Origin: Felis catus
Taxonomy: Eukaryota
Reading direction: 5' to 3'
Assembly: GCF_018350175.1 (NCBI RefSeq)
Contig: NC_058383.1
Location: 496,001 to 560,000 of the forward strand
DNA: 64,000 nt
Part shown: positions 23,023 to 35,024 of the stretch, in pieces
Layout: every line of letters begins with the position of its first letter
Position numbering within the stretch: position 1 is the first letter of the stretch
Made by a program: the position numbers and the translations under genes
The notes under the pieces: model-generated
Database searches by the model: none
Told to the model about the DNA's origin: nothing
Seen by the model: only the letters and a program-made list of their open reading frames with translations

Positions 23023-23584
23023 AGACTCCCCTGGGCATCAGCCGTGTCACCGACACGGGCCGCCCTGGAAAGTGGCTGGAAGGAGGGCGATGTCCCCGCT
23101 TCTGCGTCACCTTCACAGGGATGAGCTCACACTGGTTTCCAGGGAAAAGCAGCCCCAGACTCGTAGCGCGAGCCGCTCCCGCTGCAGAGAGTGCTAACGA
23201 AGCCCGTGCCCTGTGTGGCCTTGGTTTCCTCGTCTGTAGAATGGGAGTGGCAGCCCTTTCTCGTGTGATCCTCACGACGCAGGGGCAGCATGTGGGTCCT
23301 GGGTCCCAGGGAGTGGCGCTGTGGGCGGCCAGGCCACTAGCCTTAATGTCCGGATGATTCCCACCCTTGGCCAGATGCGCCCCCAGCAGCTCCCCACCCC
23401 GTCCTGCACACACTCTGGGCTCCACCTGGGCAGGCTCACAGAGGGCCATGGGGTCAGAGAGAAGGGCCTGGCCTCGGATTAAGATGGGGACCAAGGGAGA
23501 GGCCACAGCACTGCCCTGGGGTCAGTCAGGCCAGGGGAAGACAGGAGCTGTCCTTCTCCAACACCCAGGAGAGACGCCTCAGCC

Positions 23585-24395
23585 TTCCCCCAGGGAGGAC
23601 CCCTCCTCCCCAGGGAGCACTGTGGCGAGCACCCCTCTTCCCCAGGGAGTACTCCTCCCCAGCGAGCACCCCTCCTCGCCATTGAGCATTCCTCCTCCCC
23701 AGGGAGCACCCTTCTTGCCGGAGGGAGCATCTCTCCTCTCCCATTGAGCATCCCTCCTCCCCAGGGAGCACCCTTCTTGCATGAGGGAGCACACCCCCTC
23801 CCTACTGAGCACTCCTCCTCCCCAGGGAGCACCCCTCCTCCCCAGGGAGCACCCTTCTTGCCTGAGAGAACATCCCTCCTCCCCAGAGAGCACCCCCCGT
23901 CCCCAGGGTGTACTCCTCCTCCCCGGGGAGCATCCCTCCCCCCAGGGAGCACTATAGTGACACCCCTCCTCCCCAGGGAGTACTCCTCCCAGCGAGCACC
24001 CCTCCTTGCCATTGAGCATTCGTCCTCCCCAGGGAGCACCCTTCTTTCCGGAGGGAGCATCTCTCCTCTCCCATTGAGCATCCCTCCTCCCCAGGGAGCA
24101 CCCTTCTTGCATGAGGGAGCACACCCCTCCCTACTGAGCACTCTTCCTCCCCAGGGAGCACCCCCCTCCCCAGGGAGCATCCTTCTTGCCTAAGGGAACA
24201 TTCCTCCTCCCCAGAGAGCACCCCCTCTCCCCAGGGTGTACTCCTCCTCCCCAGGGAGCATCCCTCCCCCCAGGGAGCACCCCTCCTCCCCAAGGAGCAC
24301 CCTTCTTGCCTAAGGGAACACCCTTCCTCCCAGGAAATACCACTCCTCCCTGAAGGAGTACTCCTCCCCAGGAAGCGTCCACACTCAGGGAGCAC
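23585..24395. repeat. Minisatellite, about 20 bp core (cctcctccccagggagcac), with 330-bp higher-order duplication
   Basis: attgagcatt at 23681/24011 and atgagggagc at 23781/24111, both offset 330. Confidence 0.95.
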
Positions 24396-25554
24396 TTCAT
24401 AGGGAGCCAACCACCCTGGGAGGGGACAGACAAGCTCAAGGTGCCACAGGGGGCCCAGGGCTGGCATCTCCTGGACAGCAACAGGGCAGGGTGGGTTGTT
24501 CTGCAGGAGTCAGAAGGAGCAGGTTCTACCCTAACCGGGTGTCTGTGATGCCCAAAACAGGCCCAGGCAGGCTTCCCTGGGACCAGACCCGTGGCTGTCA
24601 GGCAACCCTGAGCAGAGCTCCCCCTCTTCCAGCTCAAGTGAGGGGACGCTGGGGGGCACACCTGTGGCCCCAGAGAGTCAGAAGGGAAGGTGCTGTGGTG
24701 TCCAGACCCCCAGGCTCCAACAAGCACCCTGGAGGCCACCCGGAGGGGATGGGCTGGGGGAGTGCCCCCAGCATCTGGATGCTCACCTCAGGCACCCTGG
24801 TCCCAGGCGGAGACAAACTGTAGAGGGCAGTGACCTGCTTTGCAAATGGCTGTTGCTACAAAGCAGGGTGAGTGACGGTAGAGAAGAGGCCACTCACAGA
24901 TACCCAAAGCCCTTTGGTGAATGACAGCCGTCCCTCGCCCAACGGGGCTCATGGCTCAGAAGCACAGATCGGGCCTGGGAAGTACAGCCTTCTGTGGAGG
25001 GTGGAGGGTGGGATAGCCAGAAGAGAAGGGCGGTCGTGTTCTGGGGGTGTTTGGAATGGGCCCCCCTCCCCAGACACCGTGAGAGCCTCAGGCCATCCTC
25101 CTCCTCCCCTCTCCCACGCGTCCTGTCCTGTCCCCATCACGTCCACAGGCTGTCTGGGCACCGCGCTGCCCCCCGTGGGGCTGGGAGCCCGGCCCAGGGG
25201 GCAGGAGTCGGCACAGTCCCTGAGGAGTTCAGGAGACCGCGGGGTCTTCGCACATTTGGGGTTTTCGACATTTATTATGAAACCCTGCCCACTACCTAGA
25301 CTCCAGAATCAACCCTGGATGCTTGGCCTCTCCCACACGCCTGTCTCCTTCCCACCCACCGGGCGCCATCAGCCCATCGCGTTTCACTGGACGCAAGTAA
25401 GTCGCAGACATCAGTGGACGTCAGGCCCCAGGGTTGCACGCCACACAGCACTAACTCGGGTCCGGTGTCTGTGTGGGGTAAAACGTGCCCCACAAACCCC
25501 AAAGACACAGGAGGTGAATTCTGACAGACGCACAGCGTAGTCCCGGCCCTCGGG

Positions 25555-25725
25555 ACTATCGTCACCCCCCAGTGCCGCAGCTACGAGACACAGGTGTGAA
25601 CTTAAGTTAATTAAGATTAAGTTAGATGTAACAGTCCCTCACTTGCCCCGGCCACACGTCAGGAGCTCCGTGGCCAGTGGCCCAGACCCAGGGCCCACCG
25701 TCACCACAGAAACGTCTATCAGACC
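25555..25725 (-). mobile_element. MER3-like hAT fragment
   Basis: cttaagttaattaagattaagttag...ggccacacgtcaggagctc...accgtcaccacagaaacgtctatcagac matches MER3 in reverse. Confidence 0.55.
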
Positions 25726-28700
25726 TCGTTCTGCAACCTGTTTGGTCCAACACCTTCTTGGAAGGATCTTGGGGAAAACCGCATATGTGACCACGTGCCA
25801 CGTGGGGCTGGAGGGGTCGCGGACTGCAGGCCAGACCAGACCCCTGGCTACCTGTGCCCCTCGAGGGGCACAGACATGGCTCAGACACTTCCCACAGGCC
25901 AGGGTCGCTTGCCCGCTGGCAGCGTGGGCGCCGGGCTGGGCTAGGGCGCGAAGCCCCAGCCAGCCGCGTGTGGAACGGTGCAGGGTGGCGGACCGGCCAT
26001 CGGCCCACATCGCTATGCGTTTTTCACGGAAGCAAACGGTTCTTTGCGCGTTCGCCTTCCTGTATGGGGCGGTCCTGACACCGCAGCCTTGGGCCTTTGA
26101 AGTATTTCAGGTCAATATTAATCAATCATCGGGCACAGGCTGCGAGGAGACCAGTAGCCGTCGGAGAGCCGGGCTCGAGAACCGCATTCTGCAGAAGTGA
26201 GGCTGCTGCCGGGCAGGGAGAGGGGGGACCGGGCTCCTCGGGCACAAGTGGGCCCTGTTCTCCTGCCTCACGCGCGTGCTGTGTGGCCTCAGCCAAGCTG
26301 TCTGACTTCTCTAAGCACCAACCTTCCCAGACCCCTGGTCAGAGGGAGATTCCCATCAGCCTCGGGGGTGGGCGAGCCCAAACCTAGGAAACGGCCCACA
26401 AAGCCCCGCACGCTCTGGGCCGGCTGACCGCCGGGCCCGCCCCCACGGCGCCCCAGCCCTGGCCTGGACCTCAGGCAGAGACGCCCAGACCGGCCTCGGC
26501 TGGACCAGGCGAGACTCCCTCCAGAACGGCTTTCGCTGGTCTGCACCCCATCTTCGGGGCCCAGAGCGGGACTGCGGACGGGGCCTGGGGCTCTGTGTGG
26601 ACGTTGAGTACAGCACGGCAAGCTGAAACCCGTTTAATAAAGTCGGTTCTGTCCCCCCGGCCCCCGCCCCAGTGATCCTCCAACGTGGCCTGAACAGCAG
26701 ATTCGAGAGTGGAACCCTGTGCCCCCTGGGGGCTCCCTGACAAAATGTGAGCCAGCTTCCTCCCTTGTCGCGAGTATACCCCTGGGCACTCAGGAGCCCC
26801 CACCTGGGCCCCCACACTCTCAGGACGGAGGAAGCAGCGAATCGTGAGCTGGCGATAATCACAGTTGTTACCAACTATCACATTACATTAAAAACAAAAG
26901 CGAGGAACTTTCAAAACCCCTCATTTTCCAAGTATCTGGACTGGCTGTGCCACTCTCTGTGCCTAAGGTAATCTACGAGTCTCATAGCCTCAGGGTGGGT
27001 ATGCCCCTGCCCGTGTCCTCCCAGAGCGGGTACCTCGCTTCGGCAGTTTGGAATCAGCCACGTGGGAGGGAGTATTTACCCACAGAAACTGGCAGGCCCT
27101 TCATCGGGGTTTTCTTCCCCAAAGAGCCAGGAGTCGGTTACCAGCACACCAATGAGCCATCCGGGCCTCGGGCCACACCCGTTGGGAGGCTGCCTTTCCG
27201 AAAACAGGTGTTGTTCGTGAAAGGTAAACCGAGGCACGGCCAAACCAAAAGTGGGTCGGCAGGCTCCCTGGAGCCACAGTAGAGCAGGGGAACCACCAGA
27301 CCGACTGTGGCCCCAGGAGCTGCCTGGCCAGCTGAGATCACTCGTCCTCCGGTTGGAGCGCAGGACCCTGGCTCCACCGGCTGCCTGCGGAGCACCGGGC
27401 CTCAGAGCCTCCAGTCTGGCGTCCTGGCTAAGTGACCGTCTCACTGCTCCCCAGGCTGAAGCAGGCTCCAGAGTCACTCAGCCCAGAGGAAGGGAAGCGC
27501 TCAGAGTGTTTGACTTCTGAAAGTTCCAGCATCTAGGAAAGGCCAGAATCATCCCTTCAACGGCCCCCCACTGCCTCCAGGCTCCCTGTCCTCTGCCCCT
27601 GGGTCCACTCACGCCCAGCAGGAAGGCCACCAACCTGGGAAAAAGCTGGGCCTGACAGGGACCAGCGGGTGGAGGGGTTGGGCAGCCACAGGGACCTTCC
27701 TCCCTCTCAAACTGGTCAGCGCTCTGCCCAGCCAGGGCATGGGGGCCTCCGACAAAAAGACCGGCAGGTGGGGTGGCCGTGGCCCCCCTCCCACGGCCTC
27801 CAGACAGTCTCTGGCCCACAGAGGAGTTCTCTGTGGCCTCTGAGGGGGGCCAGCACCCACACCCTCAGAGTGGCAGCCTGACAGGCCCCGTGGTCCTTGG
27901 AAAGAGAGGCTGGGGCCAGGACAGAGCAGAGCTGTGGAACTGAAAGGGCACAGGCCACCGTGGGCGGCAAACAGGGAGGCAGAGAAGGGAGCTGGGCTGC
28001 TGGGCACCGGGAGTCTGGACACAGGGACCTGGGCGCCAGGGCCAGTGGTCCGTGGGCTTGAGAGCCGGGGGCTGGGGGCCAAGGACGGGCCGACTGGAGG
28101 TCTGGGGGACACAGAGTTAAGACCAAGGGCCACCGGTGGTGTGGGTGGCCGGCAGGCTGCAGGAGCACCGGAGGGCTGCGGCCAGGAAGCTCAGAGCTGG
28201 GGGGCTGCAGACCGAGGGACTGGGGGGCGGGGGGCCCCGGGCCCAGAGCGGCCACCCACAGGCCGTGTGTGCAGGGTCAGGACGCTCAGCCTCGGAATGG
28301 AAGAGGCCAACAGCCCAAACTCTATAAAGCCCTGCAAAAGCCACGAGCGTCTCACCCGCAGCTAAGCAGGACCTGAGGGCTCTAGCTGTGCGACCTTGGG
28401 CAAATCACCCGACGGCTCACTGCAGAAGCAACCTGCCCGCGTAGACTTTCAGCGTGGACACTCGCTGGTGTAATAACCCCGCCCGTGAGGCTGCTGAGGC
28501 GTCTGGGGAAGTGTGCAGGGAAGCGGGCAGGGGCCCCTCCCTGCCCGCTCTCCACGGGGCCCTGTGCTCCTTGGGCCCGTGGGTCAGCTCAGTCTGTCCC
28601 AGGCACAGTCTGCTGCCCCTGCCTTCATGGGAACGACGGCTTGGCGGCCTCTCTTCTTCTGACTCTGCGAAGCCCACTACAGATCACACAGGGCACCCCC

Positions 28701-30994
28701 AGATCACTGGCCCCTGGTCCCCGCCCCTAACCCTGCTGTTTAATACTCAGCCCGGGAGTGAGGGTGAGGAAGGCGGGGTAGGAGGGAAGTGGGGGGGAGG
28801 GAGACCCGGCCGGTCGGGAAGGGTCGGGCCCTAGAGCGCCACAAGGGCAGCAGGTCGGGGCGCCCCTCCTGGGGTCCAGCTTGCCGGGGGCAACCTGGGA
28901 CTGTCACCTCAGTGAAACACTAGGCTCTCCTCCCTCCCCTGGGTCACCTGTACGGGCCCTTAAATATCCACCCCGGCGGCAGGTGGGCCAAAACCACTGC
29001 CCAGGCGCAGCCACGGGTCAGCAGGCTCTGGTCTGGGGGGAGCAGCAAGGAGCCGAGGGCGGCTGGCCCCTCTGTGGGCATGCCACCCTGAGTCTCGGAA
29101 TTGGGGATTCTAGGAACTTCGGTGGCCCATCTCCCATATGGGCCGACTGAGTCTCAGAGAGACTCACCTGAGGCCCGATGTGGAGGCGCCTGGGACGCAC
29201 AGTGGGCCCGCCCCAAACCCACCTTCTCCACCTGCCCAGGGCCCGGCCTGGCCTGCAGGTCTCCCTGGGCACTTGTGGCACCTGCAGGGCCTGGGACAGA
29301 GGAGACGCCTGATGGAACTCAGACCTCAAGAGGGCCAGAGAGGCACGGTTCCCCTGTTCCGGGAGTCCAGACCCCCGGACCTGGAGCCCTGAATCCCAGC
29401 CAAGTCTCAGGTTGTCGGGCCACAGAGTTGCCAGGTGACAGCTGCCCGCGCAGGCCAGCACAGGTCGGACAGAGCAACCAGACTCCACACTGGGCCGGGG
29501 GAGGCCCCTCAGACGCCCCTGGACCGCCCTCTCCTCCCGGCCCGAGCGTGAGGGGCAGAGAGCGTCCAGAATGCAACACGTGCCTTCCACAAAACCTCCA
29601 AGAGCGTATGGCCCATGCCAGGTGTGCAATGTGGGGACAGACAGACGATGGAGTCCCCCAGACCTCCCTGCTCCGTCTGAGAGACGGGGCCAGGTGTGGC
29701 TCCCTTGGCCAGTGCCCTCACAACGTTGGCCCAGGGCCCGCCCCCGCTTGCAGCTGGGAGCCCCCCTCCCCAGTCCCACGGGGAGGCCCTTCTGTATGCC
29801 GGAGCAGGTGGGGCGCTGCCCCCAGAGGCCCCCCACGAGGCACCCTTCCTCAGATCCAAATCTCCCTCCCACCTCCTCCCCCAAACACGCGCTGTCTCTC
29901 ACAAGCTGGATGAGGGACCAGTTTTCTGAATGGAGGTCGGGGTGGAGGGGAAGGGGCCTGGGCCACTGGCCCTTGGGGTCACCCCGGCAGGCTGCTCTCC
30001 TGGGGGACAGTAGCACCCACTTCTCGGGATGGAAAGAACCGAATTCGACAAGTCCGGTAAAATGTTCCATCGGGGCCCTGACTCAGGAAAAGTCACCCAT
30101 CACGCTGCCTGGTGACGATGACTCCTTCCTTGTCACCGGACCTCACGCCTGCTGCCTCCAGAGCCGGCGGGAACAGGCCGGACGGACGGGGAGCGGCCTT
30201 TGGTGCCGACAGTAAACAGGGCACTGCTCGCCGGGCCGGGGTCTGAAAGCCCCCTCCGGAAGAAAGCCTGGAGCAGGGCCGCACTCTCGCGGGGGAGCGT
30301 CACCCACCAGGGGAGGCGGACAGGCTGCAGACAGAGACCTGGCGGAGGGGGAGCCGGGCCGGGAGGCTCACAGGCCTGAGGGGCCGATCCCAGGCTCAGC
30401 CCCGAGCTCCGGGGACGTGTTATTTATGTAAGCCGCAGTTTTCTAGGTGCATGGTAATTTTCACCTCCCTCCCTGTCAACCAGAAGACAGGTTTTCACCT
30501 TAAAGTCGTAGCTGATGAGCAACCGAAATAGGAGGAGAGGTGTCTAAATGAAAGTAATTTCGCAAAGGGGCTTGACTGACATGTGACGACAATAAAGTCG
30601 GGATGAGGTCCGGGCTATCAAAGCAGCCCCAGGCGGGCCGGCGAGAACGGGCACGTCCCCAGGAAAGGCCCGCTCACTCCTCGCTTGTCTGTCTCTCAGG
30701 GTCCAAGAGCTCGAACCACCAGGCACAGTGCTCGCTGTTTCAGGGTGTTTCTCTGTAAACACTTTCTAAGTCCCAACAGAAGTTTGAGGACAGTTAGGGT
30801 GAGACGGAAGACGAGAGGAAGAAACCATATTATTCAGCAATTAGAGTCGCTTTCCTCTCTGCACGTGGCACTTCACTGCATTGCTTGTGCTCTCCCCCGT
30901 GGGTCCTGACAAATCCCCTGGCCCACGTCCTGCAGTCCCTAGGCAAGATGCCCCTCCGCGGTGACAGCGTGCTTGCGTGGAGAGCGCGACCTCG

Positions 30995-31195
30995 GGGGTC
31001 GGGCCTGGTTTCAGCAGCTCAGCGGCTCAGTCACTGTGCTGCCTTTAGAGAAAGAGCCGACCTTCTCCGAAGCTCTGCTTCCTCGCCTGTGAGCGAGGGG
31101 AGGGAACCTACCTGCAGGGCTTCCGTGTGAATCCAACGAGGGCATTCAGGGCACGGGCATCAAGCGACAGCCGTGGGCGAACGTCGGGCACACAC
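30995..31195 (+). mobile_element. MIR, highly diverged
   Basis: accttctccgaagctctgcttcctcgcctgtgagcgagggg...cctacctgcagggc. Confidence 0.5.
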
Positions 31196-32497
31196 GTGGC
31201 GCTGTGTGGAACAGCATGCAGTGCTCAGAGGCAGCCCCGTGGAGGAGCGGTCTCAGCTCAGAGGCCCCCGCTGCCCCACAGACCCGGCCCCTCCGTCCTG
31301 GCCTTCAACAGGCAAGGGGGCCTCCGCCTCGCTCTCTGAATGCATTCCTGAGTCTGGGATCTCACGGGGAAGTCTGGAAGGGGTGGCTCACTGGGTGGCC
31401 CACTTGTAAATCTTGAACAATGACATGTGGCTCAGTTTCCCTCCTACAAGATGGACTGAGCCACCTCCCGAAGCCGTGGGAGGCTAATGAGTCAGTGTTT
31501 GTAAAACGCTTTGCGGATCAGATGAAAGGGGCTCCGGGAGGGGGAGCTGCCCGTCGGGGGTGATTATCGTGGGCGCACAGGCACGCTCACCCCTGCTCCC
31601 TGCGCCCCACACGCAGATCTCAGCACGGGGCCCAGGCGGCGGGAGCCCTCCCACCTCGCACCTGCTCCCGGTGGGGCCATGGGGCCTGGCCCGAGGGTGG
31701 CCAGGAGGGCCCTGCGCACAGCTGTGCGGTGGCTGCTGCCCCCAGAGCCGGGGGGTTGCAGGGAGGTTGGCCGCGGGGACGTTGGCTGCAGGGAAAGAGC
31801 GGGAGGTGGCGGCTCCCCTAACCCCCTGCGTTGGGCCACGTAACCCCCCGCCTCGTTCATAAACCAGTGCACGGGGGCTCTCTCTGCACAGATCCGTGGG
31901 CAGGACACCCTCTCCACGGGCCGCCGGGGCCGGTGCTATTCCAGAAGCGTGTCTGAGAGCAGGTAAAGGAAGCACGTCCCACTGCAGCCAGAGGGCCGTC
32001 CGCCTTCCCACCAGACACACGCCCTGTGGTCGCGGCAGCAGGAAAGGCCTCAGGAGTGGCATGGGGTCACAGCGGTGCTCCAGCCGCCCAGACCTGCACC
32101 CCCGCTCGGCTCCGAGGGGTCCGCCTGCCGCCCCGGACCTGCACCCCCGCTCAGCAACAAGGGCCCTGGGACAGTCAGACAGGTGGCCTGGGGGGAGGTG
32201 AGCGTGAGGGCCAGATACAGGAGCAGCGTCGAGTCTTGGCCCTGAGAAGGTAAAAAAAATACCTTCTGAGAGGGTTTTATTTGGGTCCCAAGCTGAAATG
32301 ACAGCAGTCTGGATTGCCGGGTTGAGGTTCAGGGTGGAAATCATATTTTATTGTTCCTTTTTAGGCGATCAAATGCAGACCCGGGCAATTTTAGAGTTAT
32401 ACCTGCAGTTCCCCTTGGGTCCGTACTGGACGCTCTGACCTCAAGAAACTGGCCAGGCTAGTGTCAGGACTGGGCCTTGCCTCCCAGGTTCCGTAGG

Positions 32498-32545
32498 GAA
32501 TGAATGAATGAATGAATGAATGAATGAATGAATGAATGAATGAAT
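32498..32545. repeat. (GAAT)12 microsatellite
   Basis: Perfect repeat read directly. Confidence 0.97.
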
Positions 32546-32639
32546 CCCTGTGGGGAGAACCAAGCTCAGAGAGCAGAGGACCCACGGGGCAGGTCACAGG
32601 TACCTGATGCATAAAGATAGCCCTGTCCTTTGGATTTTA

Positions 32640-32885
32640 TTTTTTTATTTTATTTTTTATTTTTTTTAATTTTCTTTTTAACGTTTTATTTATTTTTGAG
32701 ACAGAGAGAGACCGAGCATGAACAGGGGAGGGGCAGAGAGAGAGAGGGAGACACAGAATCGGAAGCAGGCTCCAGGCTCTGAGCCGTCAGCCCAGAGCCC
32801 GACGCGGGGCTCGAACTCACGGACCGAGAGATCGTGACCTGAGCTGACATCGGACGCTTAACCGACTGCGCCACCCAGGCGCCCC
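32640..32885 (-). mobile_element. Felid Can-SINE with long patterned tail
   Basis: Ends ...ccacccaggcgcccc; TSD tggatttta at 32631-32639 and 32887-32895. Confidence 0.95.
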
Positions 32886-33736
32886 GTGGATTTTAAAACT
32901 TAAACTGCACTTTGGGCACGGACACTGCCCTAAACCAGCCCATTTCCTGGAGAGCCGCCCCCGCCCCCTCAGCTCCCGCCCGGCAGAGGCTTGTCGTCCA
33001 GCAGGAAGGCCCCCCGGTGAGGTCAGAGGCTTGGGGCCACTTGCACAAAGACCACAGAAACGCCAGATGCCTCAGAGAACCCACCTGCCCAGCTGCTCTC
33101 CTGAACTCCCTTCTCCAGCCCCGGGGCCGCATCCTGCTCCTACGGCCAGAGGGACCCGGGCTCACCACCCACGGCCAGTAACCCAGAGCCCCCGGCCCAT
33201 CCATCACTGTCAGGCCCGGGACCGGCCTGGCTGCCGCTGCTTCTGTCGCGCACAAGGCGTGAGGAGAGGGGTCGCCTGGGGCCAGCGCTGGCAAGGGCGC
33301 CGTGGGTCCCACCGAAGGTGCCTTGCCAAACGCACACTGGCTTGCTCTGGCTGGAAGCCCAGCCTCCTCGGGGTCACACGGCCCGACCGGGCTGAGACAG
33401 GGGCTCCTCTCCCTGTGCGGCCCCAGCTGGACAGAAGCCCTGAAGTGGCGGGTGCTGGGACTCAGGCCTGCCTCCGCCTTCACCATGGTGACCAGCTAGC
33501 TGGCAGCCCGTCTCGGAAGCACCTGCTAAGGGCCAGAACTCCTCGGGGGCCATGAGGCGGGACCCCACTTCTAGACCACTGGAGTCCCTCTGCGAGCTGC
33601 CCTGTGGGCCGGCCTGGGGATGTGGGAGGCCCCTGCCCCAAGGAGTAGTGCAGGACGGCTCTGGTCCCCATGAAAGACGAGGCCTCACTCTGCTTTGGGG
33701 CCATGGAGGCAGGAACAGCTTGAGGCCCACCCACCC

Positions 33737-33941
33737 CAGGTGGGGGAACAGCACAGTCCTCGAACTGCTATGGCCGTGGTCCTGCCCCAGGCGGGGGGAC
33801 AGCCCTGTCCTCGAGCTGCTAGGACCGTTGTCCTACCCCAGACAGGGGGACAGCCCTGTCCTCGAGCCGCTATGGCCGTGGTCCTGCCCCAGGCAGGGGG
33901 ACAGCCCTGTCCTCGAGCCACTATGGCCATGGTCCTGCCCC
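33737..33941. repeat. 51-bp tandem repeat x4
   Basis: Units start at 33737, 33788, 33839 and 33890. Confidence 0.95.
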
Positions 33942-34689
33942 TGTCCATGGGTGATAAACCCAGACCCTAAAGATCTACACCTACGGGGACCCTGACAATG
34001 GTCTGACCCGACTGCTCCCTCCATAGATGGAGAAACCAAGGCCCAAAGAGAGCTGGGCCTCTAGGCTTGCCCTGATTCCTGACCCAAAGCAGAAGCTGAG
34101 GGGTACAAGCATTTATCAGACTCCCTTTGGCTGAATTCCACATCCCTAAGACACGGAAGGGAGATGTCATTCCAGCACAGGTGAGCGTGTTAAGGCCTCC
34201 TGCTGGGCTGGCTGGACGTCGGGGGTCTTGAGTCTCTCCCGCACCCGCCGGGCAATGCCCCCTCCCAGGAACAGCAGTCACTCAAGGACAAGCCTTATCT
34301 GGGGGTCCCAGTATGTCCCCCATGCCCCAGAAATGGAAAGGAACCTTGGCTGTCCTTGGACAGCACCCTGACTTGGAGTCCTGAGTGTGTACTGTTGCCC
34401 TTACCAAGACCAAGCCCTCCCCAGCCTGCGCGTGGCCTTGGAGTGGCCAGCCAGTGTCAGGCGGGGAGGAGCCTCAGAGGTGATTCAGCACAACATTCCC
34501 ATCCTGTGGTGGGAAACGGAGGCCCAGGAAACAACAGGGACTTGTCGGAGGTCACACAGGAGCCGGCGGCCCAGGTGGGTCCAGGACACCGAATCCAGGA
34601 CCTGCCACACGGCCTACTGTGCTTTCCCCTAATCATCGGCAGGACAGGGAGACGGGGCCATGTCGCCATGGGACTGGGCAAGTGGATGA

Positions 34690-35024
34690 CTCTGCTGGGG
34701 CTCCCGTGATGAAACCCTGCAGACGGGGCCACTCAAACCACAATTCTTTTCCCCCCCAGTCCTGGAGGCTGGAGGCCATGGGGCTGGTTTCTGATGAGAC
34801 TCTCCGTCTCGCAGGCCCTTCTCACTGCTGTGTGTTCACGTGGCCTGACCTCTGTGCACCCACACAGTGCAGTGGGGGTGCTCTGCGGGTCTTTGTCTGA
34901 TAGGGACACTGGTCCCACTGGGTTGGAGCCCCACTCCGTGACCGCATTTAACCTCAGTGACCCCCTAAAAGTCTATCTCCAAAGACAGCCACACTGGGGT
35001 CTGGGGTGGACTTAACTCAGTCCA
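34690..35024 (-). mobile_element. MLT1 (MaLR) solo LTR
   Basis: cagtcctggaggctggagg...tgtgtgttcacgtggcc...gcatttaacctcagtgaccccctaaaagtctatctccaaagacagccacact. Confidence 0.75.

Noticed and set aside
32083..32152. Two copies of gacctgcacccccgctc at 45-bp spacing
   Set aside because: Ordinary small local duplication with no further structure
33552..33995. 147-aa ORF with 17-aa repeats (51-bp unit, in frame)
   Set aside because: Several frames are open; no recognisable protein or exon support; a unit divisible by 3 occurs by chance one time in three
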